DNA of 64,000 nucleotides, from contig NC_043011.1 in NCBI RefSeq assembly GCF_006345805.1, forward strand, positions 39,816,464 to 39,880,463, written 5' to 3'. The translations under genes were made by a program, and so were the position numbers. This document shows positions 24,925 to 38,689 of this stretch, in pieces. Origin of the DNA: Octopus sinensis (lineage: Eukaryota). Numbering within the stretch: the first letter of the stretch is position 1; every line of letters starts with the position of its first letter. Below the pieces are notes generated by a model. The model saw nothing but the letters and a program-made list of their open reading frames with translations, was not told where the DNA came from and did no database searches.

Positions 24925-25639
24925 CCCTTTTGATATATCATATCAACCTGGTTGAAACCACCTCTGGCTCTGTAATAGAAATGTCTTGTTTTCGTAAGTT
25001 TTGTATTAAAATCTTCCACCAAACCTTAGTCACAATTTATGTTCATAACACTAGCTTAATGATAACTAAGTTATTTAACTAAATTCTTTGTTATATTCAA
25101 AATTAATTGAAAGAAACACAGAACATCTCTACAAGAATATGGTAACAAAAGGGTTAAAGTCACCATATTTTAAACCCTTTTGATACCAACCCAGCTGAAA
25201 CCGCCTCTGGATATGTAGTACAAATGTTTTATTTTCGTAAGTTTCGTATTAAAATCTTCCACCAAACCTTAGTCACAATTTATGTTCATAACACTAGCTT
25301 AATGATAACTAAGTTATTTAACTAAATTCTTTGTTATATTCAAAATTAATTGAAAGAAACACAGAACATCTCTACAAGAATATGGTAACAAAAGGGTTAA
25401 AGTCACCATATTTTAAACCCTTTTGATACCAACCCAGCTGAAACCGCCTCTCGATATGTAGTACAAATGTCTTATTTTCATAAGTTTTGAATTAAAATCT
25501 TCCACCAAACCTTAGCCACAGTTTATGTTCTTAACACTAGCTTAATGATAACTAAGTTATTTTAGTAAATTCTTTATTATATTTAAAACTAATTAAAAGA
25601 TACACAGAGCATATCAACAGAAATATGGTAACAAAAGGG
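24925..25639 (+). mobile_element. Three tandem piggyBac-like MITE copies, 243-bp period
   Basis: AAAAGGG-TTAA right ends at 25153, 25396 and 25639; identical spacer GTCACCATATTTT between copies. Confidence 0.9.
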
Positions 25640-25664
25640 TTAAAGTCATATGCCTCCCAGAGTC

Positions 25665-25985
25665 GAACTAGGTGTAAGAGGAATCAGTTTTGGTATGCAA
25701 CAGAGATGCCTGTATTGGTACAGAGATATAATGCACATGGATAATAATTGACGGGTGAAGAAGTGCCAGGAAATCCAAGTAAGGGTCAAACTTTAGAAGA
25801 AGACCAGGAAGACATGGGTAGAAGTGGTGGAAGTTGATCTTGGGATGCTGAACCTCATAGAAGGAGATGACAAAGGAATGCAACAAATGGTAACATACTG
25901 TGTTGGACAGCACTTGTCCAGCTCATGCAAGCACCGGAGAGCAAGAGTGAAAACAATAATGATGATTATGGTGATGAATACCTCT
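25665..25985 (+). mobile_element. 3' fragment of an RTE-clade LINE (RT C-terminus and tail)
   Basis: ELGVRGISFGMQQRCLYWYRDIMHMD...VKKCQEIQV...RRP-KTWVEVVEVDLGMLNL resembles the RTE R-L-R-W-Y-G-H...RGRPxKTW motif; ends in ATG-type repeats. Confidence 0.75.
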
Positions 25986-27752
25986 TTGTAATTAAATAAT
26001 CAATTAGAGCAGTATTCAGAGTTGAGTGACTTGCTCAAGGAATACATTGTGACCATTGTGAAATATGAATTTGCACTCATGCTCCCACTGCATGGTACCT
26101 TGAGCAAGTGTCTTCTGCTATAGTCCCAGGCGAACTGAAGCTTTGTGAACGGATTTGGTAGATGGAAACTGAAAGAAGTATATCTTATATATATATGACT
26201 GGACATAGGTGTGTGTGTGTGTGTGTGTAAGGGAGGGTGTTTTATGTTTCCTTGTCTTGATAGTTGTGTCACCATCATACAAATGGCCTCCTTTTCTGAT
26301 CTTCTGCATAAGAATATCTGGTCATGGGGAAATATTGCCTTGCATGGAAACGGTTGAGGGCTGATGACAGGAAGGGTACCTGGCCATAGAAAATCTGCCT
26401 TGGTGTAAAATCCATCTGATCCTTGCAGAATGGAAACATGAACATTATGATGATGATTATGGTGAAGACATTGGTGATGATGACGATGATGATGAACGTT
26501 CAACACATTGTCATTACAACCAATATTGATTAATCTGATAGAAATAATACACTAATCTCCCTCAGATCATTCCTTATCTTAAAACATTGGATAACATAGT
26601 CCTAGACAACATTGTCATAATCATTGTCATCATCATAATTGGCAGTGATAGTATCATCATCACCATCATCATCGTCATCATCATCAGCAGCAGATACAGT
26701 TTCTTATTCTTCGTTCACATCATTTGTCAAGTGCAAATTGAAGACCTGTTGAGCTGGTGCCAACTGGTCCTATCCCTGTGACACTCTCATCCATCAATGC
26801 CCATAAACCCATCTGTCTCATCACTCTCTTTCTCTCTCCCTTCCCCCCTCTCTCCTCAATCCACCCCAACTGGATGGATCTGTTCCTCTTTCAGTTTCTA
26901 CTTCTTTGCTGTTGTCATTTGTTTGTACTAAATATTCAGCCCACCTCTATTTTCTACACTTGACACTCTGCTGAGTGGTTGGCATGAGGAAGGGCATCCA
27001 GCTGTAGAAACCTTGCTAAATCAGATTGGAGCCTAGTGCAGCCTCCCGGGTTGCCAGTCCTCAGTCAAACCGTCCAACCCATGCCAGCATGAAAAGAGGA
27101 CATTAAATGATGATGATGAGGAGGAGGATATGTTTTATAATGTCTTATGTTGATGCTTGTTCTCTATCCAGTGACAAGAATTTTCTGAGTTTCTTTTGTT
27201 TTTTCTTTTTTAAATGATTCCTAACATGAGATGTAGGCATGACAACCACATGGTTTCAAGTTCAGTTCCACAAATGATAACTAAGTGGTAAATATTTAAC
27301 ATCATTACTGGAATAAACAAGAAATTTAATTTTGCTATTAAGATTTAAGTTCATTAACAAGACAAACACAAATGCATACCGATGTAGAACATTCTGAACG
27401 TATAAGTATGTATGTAATTGATCATTAGTCAGTTATCAACATCCAACTTAAACATGGTTTCAGTAAGAGCTCTCTCTCTCTCTTTCCTTAACTATCAAGG
27501 ACTAAGTCTAAACTTATCAGAGACTAAAAGTTCAAACTTATAAAAAAACAAAGACCCTACACTTATCAAGGTCAAAAAGGTTAGATTTATCAAAGACTAA
27601 ATGATCAGACTAATCAAGGTCTAAGCAAGAAGCCTGACATACCAAGGACTATGAGGTTAAACTTAGTCTAACAACAGACTCACAAGGTCAGAAAATTGTC
27701 CCCAGGGTTGACTTTGGATTAATGGAGTTGTGGGAAAGCATCATAAAATATT

Positions 27753-28022
27753 ACTCTTTACTCTTTTATTCTCTTTTACTTGTTTCAGTCATTTGACTGC
27801 GGCCATGCTGGAGCACTGCCTTTAGTCGAGCAAATCGACCCCGGGACTTATTCTTTGTAAGCCCAGTACTTATTCTTTCGGTCTCTTTTGCCGAACCGCT
27901 AAGTTACGGGGACGTAAACACACCAGCATCGGTTGTCAAGTAATGCTAGGGGGACAAACACAGACACACAAACACACACACACTATAACCTTCCATCATC
28001 TGACACAAACACAGACACACAA

Positions 28023-28081
<59 letters not shown>

Positions 28082-28246
28082 TATGACAGGCTTCTTTCAG
28101 TTTCTGTCTACCAAATCCACTCACAAGGCATTGGTCGGCCCGGGGCTATAGCAGAAGACACTTACCCAAGGTGCCACACAGTGGGACTGAACCCAGAACC
28201 ATGTGGTTGGTTAGCAAGCTACTTACCACACAGCCACTCCTGCGCT
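27753..28246 (-). mobile_element. Full-length CORE-type tRNA-derived SINE
   Basis: Minus-strand head (A)GCGCAGGAGTGGCTGTGTGGTAAGTAGCTTGC, B box GGTTCAGTCCC, CORE-like segment, microsatellite spacer and AAAGAGTAAAAGAGT tail. Similar copies at 29125-29545 (+), 42140-42550 (-) and 55446-55734 (+). Confidence 0.88.
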
Positions 28247-30229
28247 TATATATTACAATTTTGTTTTTAGTTTTATACAGAGAAACACATAATCTAAGAC
28301 ATATTTACAGCCCAAGTGTCACTAAAGATGATGTAACCCTTTAGGCATGGCTTTTAACAAACTGTGCAAATTGTAACATATTACGGACTCCTGTCATTAG
28401 ACGATGGATGTCAGTTCCACAATTTCTGGCTGAACAAGCAAACAGGTGATTTGTGTGTAGTGATCAGATGTTTGTGTTCACGTAGGTTCACTCCCTTCAT
28501 CAAACTGACATTACCTGAACAGGTGTACAAGTGTGCCACATGTCAGGTGTTGAAATGATTACAGAGCAATGTGAAATGAAATGTTTTGCTCAAGAACACA
28601 ATGCACCGTCTAGTCTGGGAATTGAAACCATGATCTCATGATCAAGAATGCAACACCCAAACCACTAGGCCATGCGCCTTCACCTGTTTCTGCCTCTCTT
28701 TGTCTCACTATAACCTTCCATCATCTGACACAAGATCACCTCCTCTAGTGACCCTCTCCTCTTAAAAGATTTTTGTCTTGCAAGTTACTTGGTGACCCTA
28801 TCAGTGTAGGTGCCACTTCAAAAGCACCCAGTCCACACTGCAAAGTGGTTCATGTTTGAAAGGGCATCCTTTTGTAAACACCTTGCCAAAACTAACCTCA
28901 CCTGTACTTGTGCCATGTAAAAAGCACTAAATCCACTCTGCCGGCTGGTTGATGCTAGGAAAAGCATCCAGCTGTAAAAATCCAGCCAAAACAGTCACAG
29001 AAGTTTGGGGCAGGTTTCTGCCTGGCTGGCTCCACTCAAACTGTCCCACCCATACCAGCATAGAAGGCAAACGTTAAACAATGATGCTGATGATATACAT
29101 ATATATATATATATATACATATATAAGGCACAGGTATGGGTAAGTGGTAAGAAGCTTGCTTCCCAACCACATGGTTCTGGGTTCAGTCCCAGTGTCTGGC
29201 ACCTTGGACAAGTGTCTTCTACTATAGCTTTGGGCCAATCAAAGCCCTTGTGAGTAGATATAGGAGATGGAAACTGAAAGAAGCCCATCATATATATATA
29301 TGTGTGTGTGTGTGTGTGTCTGCTTGTCTTTGTATCGGTGTTTCCGCACCACCACCACCACTGCTTGACAACTGGTGCTGGTATGTTAACACTGCCATAA
29401 CTTAGTGGCTCGACAAAAGAGACTGATAGAATAAATGCCAGGCTTAAACAAAATAAGTACTGGGGTTGATTCATTCCACTAAAAATTCTCGAAGATGGTG
29501 CCCCAGCATGGTCGCAGTCTAACTACTGAAACAAGTAAAGAAGGTACAAAAATAAAGTATAAGAAAATATACATGAAATATTCCTATTTTGAAACAGTGG
29601 ATCTCGAAGCACATAGTCATAACTAATACCATGTAAATATTGAGCTGTTTCAAAAAATAATTATTTCATGTTCTCCCAAAGTTTCTAAATTGCTATGACA
29701 TCAACAACATACAATTCTCTCGGGTAAGAATAAAATTCCTAAAATGGAAAGAGAAATATGAAGAATTCTTTGGACCAATGGTAGAACATCTGTCATGTTT
29801 AAAAGACATGTGGGTTTCAATCCCATGAGCAACGATCGACTTTTTATATCCAAAAGGGTTTTGCAACCCAATATTTACATGCTATTATTTATAGCTTTGT
29901 GTGTTTCAAGATCCAATGTTCCAAAAGAAGACAAAAATATTATTTCATGTTCTCTCGTGCATTTATAAATTCTTATGATATCGGAAATATATGTATACAT
30001 ATTTGACACACAAATGCATATATATATGCTCATGTGTGTGTTCTTTCACTAGTTTCATTCATTGGATTATCCTTCGTTATAGAGTTTTGACTTCAAGGTT
30101 TTAATTAATATCATGTCTAGTGCATTGCCCTCCATCCAACCAAGATCCATAAAATATGTGCAAGTCTAATATAGGGAGGGTCAATGGCATCAACTACTCC
30201 CACCCCTCCCCTCAAAATTGGCAGCCTTG

Positions 30230-30442
30230 TACCGTATTTATTTTGAGATACTCTGTGTTTCTTTCAATTAATTTGAAATATAACAAAGAATTTGGTAAAA
30301 TAACTTAGGTATCATTAAGCTAGTGTTAGGAACATAAACCGTGACTAGGGCTTGGTCAAAGATTTTATCCACAACTTATGAAAACAAGACATTTGTACTA
30401 CAGCCAGAGGCGGTTTCAGCTGGGTTGGTATCGAAAGGGTGA
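30230..30442 (-). mobile_element. piggyBac-like MITE copy
   Basis: Reverse complement of the 5353-5573 family, ending GGTATCGAAAGGGT. Confidence 0.75.
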
Positions 30443-31288
30443 ACCCACAAACCATTACTCATCAAATGGCTTGATTTATATTGAGTTATGTCCCTTTCAG
30501 AAAATTTTTCTCTTTTCCCTTCAAGAGTATATAAAGGAAGCAATTTACACAAACATACACGAAGCTCTAGCATGGCCACAGTCTAATGACTAAAATCAAT
30601 AGAAGAAAATTAAAAAATACAGACGCACATACAGCAGGCTTCTACGCAGATACCATTTGCCATATTTAACGTAAGGAATCGGTGATCATGGTGCTACGGT
30701 AGAAAACCCTTGTCCAAAGTGTCATGAGGTGGGATCGAACTTGGAACCACATTGCTGTAAAGAGGCCATCTTCATCACAGTGATGCCTGCACCTACATTT
30801 GTTTTTCAACCCATTGATAAAGTTTAACAAATTGTTAGTGTTGAAAATTGTATGATGTTAAAGTCAGCTGGTCAGTCGTTTGGTTGGTCTGGTTAGTACA
30901 GCTACTAAGAAATATGTAAATGTGAGAGTGTGTGTGTGTGTTTATTTACATACAAACGTGTGTGAATGTGTGTGTGTACACATATACACATATATCTGCG
31001 TAAGTGTGAATTGTTTATATATCATCATTATCATCCTTTAATGTCAGTTTTCCATGCTGTATTATAAACACACATATAGTGCATGTACACACATATATTT
31101 ATATGTAAATATGTACATGTGTGTGCATGTATATATAGATATATATGTATGCATATACGTGAGGGTATGTACATATGTATGCATGTATGTGTGTGTGTGT
31201 GTATATATACATACATAGTTAAGTAATACACCAGTAAGGCCTATGGATACATTTATTCCTTAGATGGACGCATAACCTCTAACTCAAA

Positions 31289-31331
<43 letters not shown>

Positions 31332-32129
31332 CATATATAAGTCTATTGCTTTTGATATGTGTGAGTGTGTGTATATACACACACATATCAAAAGCAATAG
31401 AAACCAATCTCCAAGGCATGCAGGTTTTCAACAAGGAAATGTTGTAGTGAAGAGAATTGAAACTGGGTCAGACTTGGTTTATTGCTGACTTAATACTGCA
31501 CAATGGAACTTGGCATGTTAATTATATAATAATAATAGTAATAAAATAATAATAAATTAATGATACATTTTTTTTTATTACTAGAATAATGGATTGATAA
31601 AAAGTTCTTTTATTACCACAGATACAGAAGAGAAGGAAGGATGAATAATACAAAATAACAACAGCAACAATAATAATAATAATTCTTTTGATTATATGCA
31701 CAAGACCAGCTATTTTTAGAGGGTGGAGATGGCTGAAAGGGTGAAAGGCAAAGTCAACCCCAGTGGAATTTGAACTTAGAACATTAAGCTGCAAGAAATG
31801 TCCGGCATGCTAACAAGTCTGCCAGCTTATGTTCTTAATAATGGTTTTTAACTTAAGCACAAGACCAGCAGTCTATTTGATGGCGGCGATTTCGTTGATA
31901 TTATTGGCCTCCAATATTTGACTTCCAGAGAGAAAGAAAGACAGAGAGAGAGAGAAACAAAGAGTGAAAGAAAGAGAAAAATTTACCCCTGTACTGGCCA
32001 GGTACTTTATTTCCTGTACCAAACCGAAAAGAATGAAAATCAAAGTTAACCTCAGTAGGATTTCAACTCAAAGTGCAGAGATCCAGAATAGTTACCGCTA
32101 AACAAGCTATCCAACTCTTTAATGACCCA

Positions 32130-33780
32130 GCTAATGAGTGACATAAACCAGAATGGGATATATACAAATGTTATGAGGGAACAATCAACCAAATCGGACA
32201 TTGCAGGTCATAACCAACTAGAAACACTGCTGCAGACAGTACATGGACTTATCAGAAAAATCTACATGAGACAGATTAAAAGTGTGCACCAAAGCAACTT
32301 TCAAGAGAGGACAATTAATTAAGAACACTAATATCATGTCAAACACAGAAACACAGATAAGAGAATTGGGCCAAATAAAGACATACAAACATACAACACA
32401 CATAAATGAAAGAAAATGCTAGGAAGGAATTAAACACACTTGAGATTAATACTTAAAACTGAGCTAAATGTAAAAAAATAAGGTAATAGACATGAATACT
32501 TTGGCTGTCCCAGTAATAAGTTACAGTTATTATATTCTCAACTGGATGTTAAATGAATAAACAAAATTAGAGAGAAAAATAAGAATAATTCTGACTGCCT
32601 TTAGAATACACCGTAGAGGTAGGGACTTTATGCAACTAGAAGACTATTATATAATATCAGCTGCATGACTGTAACAATATTTGGGACACATTAATGAAAA
32701 ACTAATGTAAATAGCTACAAAACATAAACAAAATAAATGCTTTCTGTCTTTGAGAAAACAGATCCAGTATTAGTAATCTAGGTTTAGTTTGTATCAGAGT
32801 GACCGTAATCCAGATTAAGACGCGAGAGTGAAAAGTGTGTGTGTGTGTGTGTGTTGTTGTATGGGGGAACATAAACAGTTTAATAGGAGTGTAAAGTCAA
32901 AGTAATTACTCTGTAAAGGAGAGTAAGGATGTGAAAGCAACAGACAGATGTAAAGAGAAAAGTGAAATAACAACAGAAATTGTGAAAGGGGGTTGTAAAA
33001 TGCTGTTTTTAAGCAGTTGCAAGAAAAGCTTCTGCTTGGCTAATACTTGTGAATGAATGAATGGATGAATAAATAAGTAGAGTGGATTAAACCATGAAAA
33101 ATTGCATTACTGGCTCAACGGTGGAGGAACCAAAGGCCCAACTGAAGGACATCTAACTACAGTACAGGATGAAAGCTTCCTCACCAGGAAACATTAAAAG
33201 CATGGGACGAAGCAGAATACAGTAACTGCAGAATGTGTGGAGACAGGAAAGAAAAGTTTATCCACATTGTGTGTGTTTGCATGTATGTGTGTGTTTGAAT
33301 GTGTGTGCGTGTGTTTTTGCATGTGTGTTTGCATGTGTATGTACATGTGTGTTTTTGCATGTGTGCATATGTGTATGTTTGCACGTGTGTGTGTATGTTT
33401 GCGTGTGTGTGTGTGTGTGTGTGTGTTTGCACATGTGTGTGTGTGTATGTGTCTGCACATGTGTGTGTGTGTCTGTCTATTTCTTTTTCTGCCTGTCTTT
33501 CTGTCTCTCTCTCACTGAGCTCATTCTTAACCAAGAAAGAATATAACTACAAACATGACAGAGTCTGGAGCTTTCATAGAATTTAAGTTATATTAGAATA
33601 GTGAACTACACCAATAGAAAAGAGGCGATAATAATATACACCAATGAGAAAGTGATCCTACTCCGGGATATATCAATCCATACAGTGAGAGATCAAGACT
33701 TAATCCACTGGATACTGTAATGAGCCACCAGTAAATGGAGTCTCAGTTCCAACACATGGTAATCTAGCTCTCAAAATGAT
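32130..33780 (+). mobile_element. Long decayed R4/Dong-type LINE (RT domains 5-7, thumb, zinc knuckle, start of RLE) split by microsatellites
   Basis: NQLETLLQTVHG...KCA-KATFKRGQL (about 32215-32320), MNTLAVPVISYSYYILNW (about 32490-32545), WLNGGGTKGPTEGHLTTVQDESFLTRKH...[14 protein letters not shown] (about 33110-33270), [11 protein letters not shown] (about 33530-33565), NEKVILLRDISIHT (about 33645-33690). Confidence 0.8.
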
Positions 33781-34691
33781 ATTCTTTTCTAATCTAGGCA
33801 CAAGGTTCGAAAAATTTTGGGGAGTGGGGGGGGGCAGTCGATTAGATCAGCCTCAGTATGCAACTGGTACTTAATTCATTGACCCTGAAAGGATTAAAGG
33901 CAAAGTTGACCTTGGCAGAATTTGAACTCAGAATGTAAAGACAGATGAAATACCTATTTCTTTACTACCCACATGGGACTAAACACAGAGAGGACAAACA
34001 AGGACAGACAAATGGATTAAGTTGATTATATCGATCCCAGTGGTACTTATTTAATCGACCCCGAAAGGATAAAAGGCAAAGTCGACCTCAGCAGAATTTG
34101 AACTCAGAACGTAACGGCAGTTGTAATACCACTAAGTATTTTTTGCCCGGCGTGCTAACGTTTCTGCCAGCTTATCACCGCCTTATCTCTCAAAATGATA
34201 TTAACAGAAAAAAATGATCGAAATATGAAAATCTGGAAAGAGATAACCAGAATGTCAGGGAATTGAAAACATAAACTGGTACTTTGTTGGTTATGATGAT
34301 GAGGGTTACGGTTCATCCAATCAAGGGAACAGCCTGCTTGTGAAATTTATATGTAAGGGGCTGAGCACTCCACAGACATGCGTACCCTTAATGTAGTTCT
34401 CTGGGAAATTCAGTGTGACACAGAGTGTGATAAGGCTGGCCCTTTGAAATACAGGCACTGCTCATTTTTGCTGGTCGAGAGGACTGGAGCAATGTGAAGT
34501 AAAGTGACTTGCTCAAGGACACAAAGTGCTGCCAGGGATCGAACTCAGGACCTTATGATTGTCAGCCAAACACCCTAACCACTAAGCTACATATTTTCAC
34601 TGTTGATAACATGAAGAAATCCGATAAGAACACAAGCCTTAAGAATTACAAAAGCAAGAAAAAAATGTGAAAACAAAACAATACTAGTAAT

Positions 34692-34932
34692 CAGGGCTAT
34701 GGAGTCAGAGTCAGTAAAACTATACTGACTCCAACTCCCAATATCTTTATTCTTTAATATAAAGCAATTATAACATATAGGCCTACCCAAAATACAAGCT
34801 TATGCATATGCTTTATGAGATATGTAGATCACACTCACTTAATTACATAAAGAGGAGTCAGAGTCAGAGGTACCAATAGTACAGGAGTCAGAGTCGGAGT
34901 GGAAGTTTTTTTGTTTCGACTCCACAGCCCTG
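34692..34932 (+). mobile_element. hAT-type MITE
   Basis: TIRs CAGGGCTATGGAGTC / GACTCCACAGCCCTG; 8-bp TSD CTAGTAAT (34684-34691) / CTAGTAAC (34933-34940). Confidence 0.8.
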
Positions 34933-35364
34933 CTAGTAACCATATGGACAGATACAGAACTGAAGCCCCAGGATTTGCAAACATGCACAACTAAGGAATA
35001 GATGACACCTGTGAGCACTGCACAAATATTGGCTAGAAATTTCAATACAAGGCCAACATTTTCAGGGTACGGGGCTAAGTCGATTACATCGACTCCTGTG
35101 CCCAACAGCACTTTATTTTATCAACCTCGAATGGATGAAAACTAAAGCTGAACTCGGTGGAGTTTGAACTCAGAACATAATGATGGGCACACTGCTTCTT
35201 AAGTATTTTGCCTGGCATGCTAACAATTCTGCCGGCTTGCCTGCCTTGAGCACAGCACAAATATCAAAGCAGAGCAATTTCAGTGTAACAGGAAATTTAC
35301 TGCACACAGCCAAGACACACAGTGCTGTACTGAGTAGCACAGTGAAAGCATGCTATGAAAATAG

Positions 35365-35560
35365 GCAGCAGTAGTAGTAGTAGTAGTAGCAACAGCAATA
35401 ATAGTAGTAGTAGTAGCAGCAACAACAGAAGCAGTAGTAGTAGTAGTAGTAGTAGTAGCAGCAGCCGCAGCAGCAACAGAAGCAGTAGTAGTAGTAGCAG
35501 CAGCAGCAGCAATAGTAGTAATAATAGAAGCAGTAGTAGCAGCAGTAGAAGTTGTAGTAG
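35365..35560. repeat. (AGT/AGC)n trinucleotide tract
   Basis: Direct reading; it produces spurious poly-Ser/Thr/Leu ORFs. Confidence 0.9.
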
Positions 35561-38500
35561 TTCTTTCTGAAGTAGGCACAAGGCCAGCAATTGTGAGCGG
35601 GGTGGGAAATACAGGAGTATTTTGAAAGAGGAATGATCACAATGGAAAACATATTTAATAGGGAATATTTTTAATGGGGAACTAAAGAAAAATTGCAAAT
35701 ACATAAAGCAGCTTCCCTTTTTTCAAATAATTAAAGTTTAGACTACAAAATGAAATAAAAAAATACCTAATTAAAATGGAAAGAGATAGAGATAGAGAGA
35801 GAGAGAGATAGAGAGAAAGAGATAGAGAGAAAGAGATAGAGAGAAAGAACAGAAGAATTGCCTATTATGAACAGAGGATGAGTCACAAAAGCCTTATTTT
35901 TAGGTCAGAGGTTAATAGGAAGTAGTGACATTGATACTTGTTCCAAGGACATTAAAAGCTTGAATGAAGTGAATTGATTTCCACAGGAAACTTGCTTTCA
36001 TGCTTTGGAATACTCTGTTACACAAAACAGCTCACAATATTGATTTCGCTTTAGAAGTGCAAAGTAAGGGCTTTTAGTGTGTGGAACTAACAGCTTGCTT
36101 CCCAACCAAGTGGTATCAGGTTCAGTCCCATCTCACTACACGGCACCTCGGGTGTCTTCCACTATAGCAGAAGGGCAAACAAAGCCTTATGAATGGCTTT
36201 GGTAGATGGAAACTGAAAAGAAGCCCATTGTACTTTTTACACTCACCAGTCAGTATCTATACATATTACATGTCCATACCAGCATAGCTATTGCCTTTGC
36301 GCAACACAACTGGTTCTTTTTGTACCCAAGATTCTCACAGCTCATCTGTGCCTCGCTGTTCATGACAGGAAACATTACACAGTAATATTACCAGGTCAAC
36401 AAAAGGGTGGCAAAGCTGGGGGAATCATTAGCATGCTTAACAAAATGCTTAGCAGTATTCCACCTATCTTTATGTTGAGGTCAACTTTGCCTTTCATCTC
36501 TTTGGGTTCGATAGGGTAAGTACCAGTCAAGCATTGGAGGTCGATGAAATCAACAGGTTCCTACTCCAAAGTTTCAGGTTTTGTGCCTATAGTAGAAAGG
36601 AATATTACTAGGACCATTATAAAAACGGGAAGGTTGCATCAAGGTGGAAGAACTCCATGCAATTTCTATAGCAAATCTGAGAGTCTATCGAGAGATCCTG
36701 CATAGTAAACATCCAGCAGGCCATGTCTGCTTTATTTATTTCCAACTTTCATACATCTTCTGTATTCAGTGTCCATGTCCCCATTGCCATGCAGTATTAC
36801 ACCTCATACAATATACAATTTACCTTTTGCTCAGAAATAGAATCCCCTTGTTGTTAGCAGAGGCAACAGCTCCCTGAACTTACTACCCTTTTCTAATTCT
36901 GGCAGCTAAGCTTTACACAACCCCACTGCTTTCAGTTCACTAGGTCACCTAGGTAACAAAAGGTATCAACAACTACTCCAGAGCATTGCAAGGAATTTAT
37001 TTTACTGCATAAGTTTTAATTCTTTGAACTAGATGCATAAACACAATGCCAAATTTCACAGGGAAGAAGCTGACTTTATTATAATCACAGCAAGAACACC
37101 TTTGATCAGGGTTGACTTCAAGCTAACCAATAACAGAAACAGATACAGTCAGTTACTGAATTTGACGTCATAAAAGACACACATGCTTAACAGATGTGTT
37201 ATGGACAGCAAAGCATTTAACAGTAAATATCAAAGCATTTAACAGTAAACGCTTGAAGCATTCAGATTAAAATCAAATGTGATGTTTATTTATTCACATT
37301 GTTTTGAAGTAATCATTATTCTACAACTTCGAAATTTCAATTTTTGAATGACATTGTAGGATAGGCGTGAGAAGCCACATCTGGCTAGTTTAAAAACGAA
37401 GCGGGTAGAATATCTGGTTTAGATGTGACCAGTTTAAATGCTAAAGGGTTAAAGACACAAAAATAAAAACATAAGGGTTAAAACAACTATGAATGTAGCA
37501 CCTTGAGTCATTTGTGTTTTTTAGACCTTTTTTTGAAAAAAAAAGTACACCTTATTGCATCATCATCATCATTTAACATCTGTTTTCCAGACTGGCATAG
37601 GTTGGATGGTTTGACTGAGGTCTGGAGAGCCAGTGGCTCCACCAGATTCCAATCTGATCTGGCAGTGTTTCTACAGCTGGATGCCCTTCCTAACACCAAC
37701 CACTCCGAGAGTGTAGTGAGTGCTTTTTTATGTGTCACTGGCACAAGAGCCAGTCAGGTGAGTCTGGCATCAATCACGTTCAGATAACGCTTATTACGTG
37801 CCACCGGCACGGGAGCCAGTCAGTGGGTACTGGCATCAGCCACATTCGGGTGGTGCCTTTTACGTGCCACCAGCACAAGAGCCAGTCAGGGGGTACTAGC
37901 ATCGGCCATGTTCGGATGGTGCTTTTTACGTGCCACCAGCATGGGAGCCAGTCAGGGGGCACTGGCCACAGCTACTATATTGGTTTTACTTGACTCAGCA
38001 GGTCTTCTCAAGCATATCAGATCGCACAATGCATCAGGGGTACTCTTAACAGGGCCAATATGCATAGCTGTGATCTAACTTTTGCTTGAGGTAAAAAAAA
38101 AAGTCAACTATTGCAATTTGAACTTAGTAACTAAAAGACTATAAAATCATCTTTAATCTGGTTCCCTACCAGTTCAGCCAATTCGCTGTCCATAACACAT
38201 CTGTTAACAAGAGTAACCATGGCAAACTGAACAGTAACCACCTGTTGAAAATCCTTTGTAACCTACTTAAATAACGCTTTCAAAAACACTTTTAAAAGAC
38301 AATAAATATTCTGTATTGATTTCCATAGTTGGTTGATATTAAAGTAGAGTTCTTTTATTTATTTTTTTTGTGTTTGTGTTTTATGTTGTTTTTCTTTCTT
38401 TTCTATTTTTGATAGCAAAGATAAAAGAAAAAGGATAAAAAGGAAAGTCACCAAGAACAAACAAATGCACTTAGATTATGAACAACATACAGACAGAAGA

Positions 38501-38689
38501 GAGTCATGGGTGAAGAATAGGTGACTGATACAAGGAGGAGTGGAGAGAATTTGCACAGAGCTGTTGTTTTTTTTTATAAACAAGCCAAGAGCTTCTATGA
38601 GATCATTAAATCTGCTAGAAATAGCAACCAAATTCCTCTCAAATCATACCCCATTGTCTTAAAAAACAAACACACACTGGATAATGTAG

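Noticed and set aside
27753-28246. tRNA-like heads of the SINEs as tRNA genes
   Set aside because: Only A/B-box-like remnants are present, with no cloverleaf, and they are fused to SINE bodies.
35280-35704. Poly-Thr/Ala, poly-Leu and poly-Ser ORFs
   Set aside because: Translations of an AGT/AGC tract.
36240-36400. Strong minus-strand donor (CTG|GTGAGT) with a short upstream ORF
   Set aside because: Frames close before the donor and there is no recognisable protein similarity.
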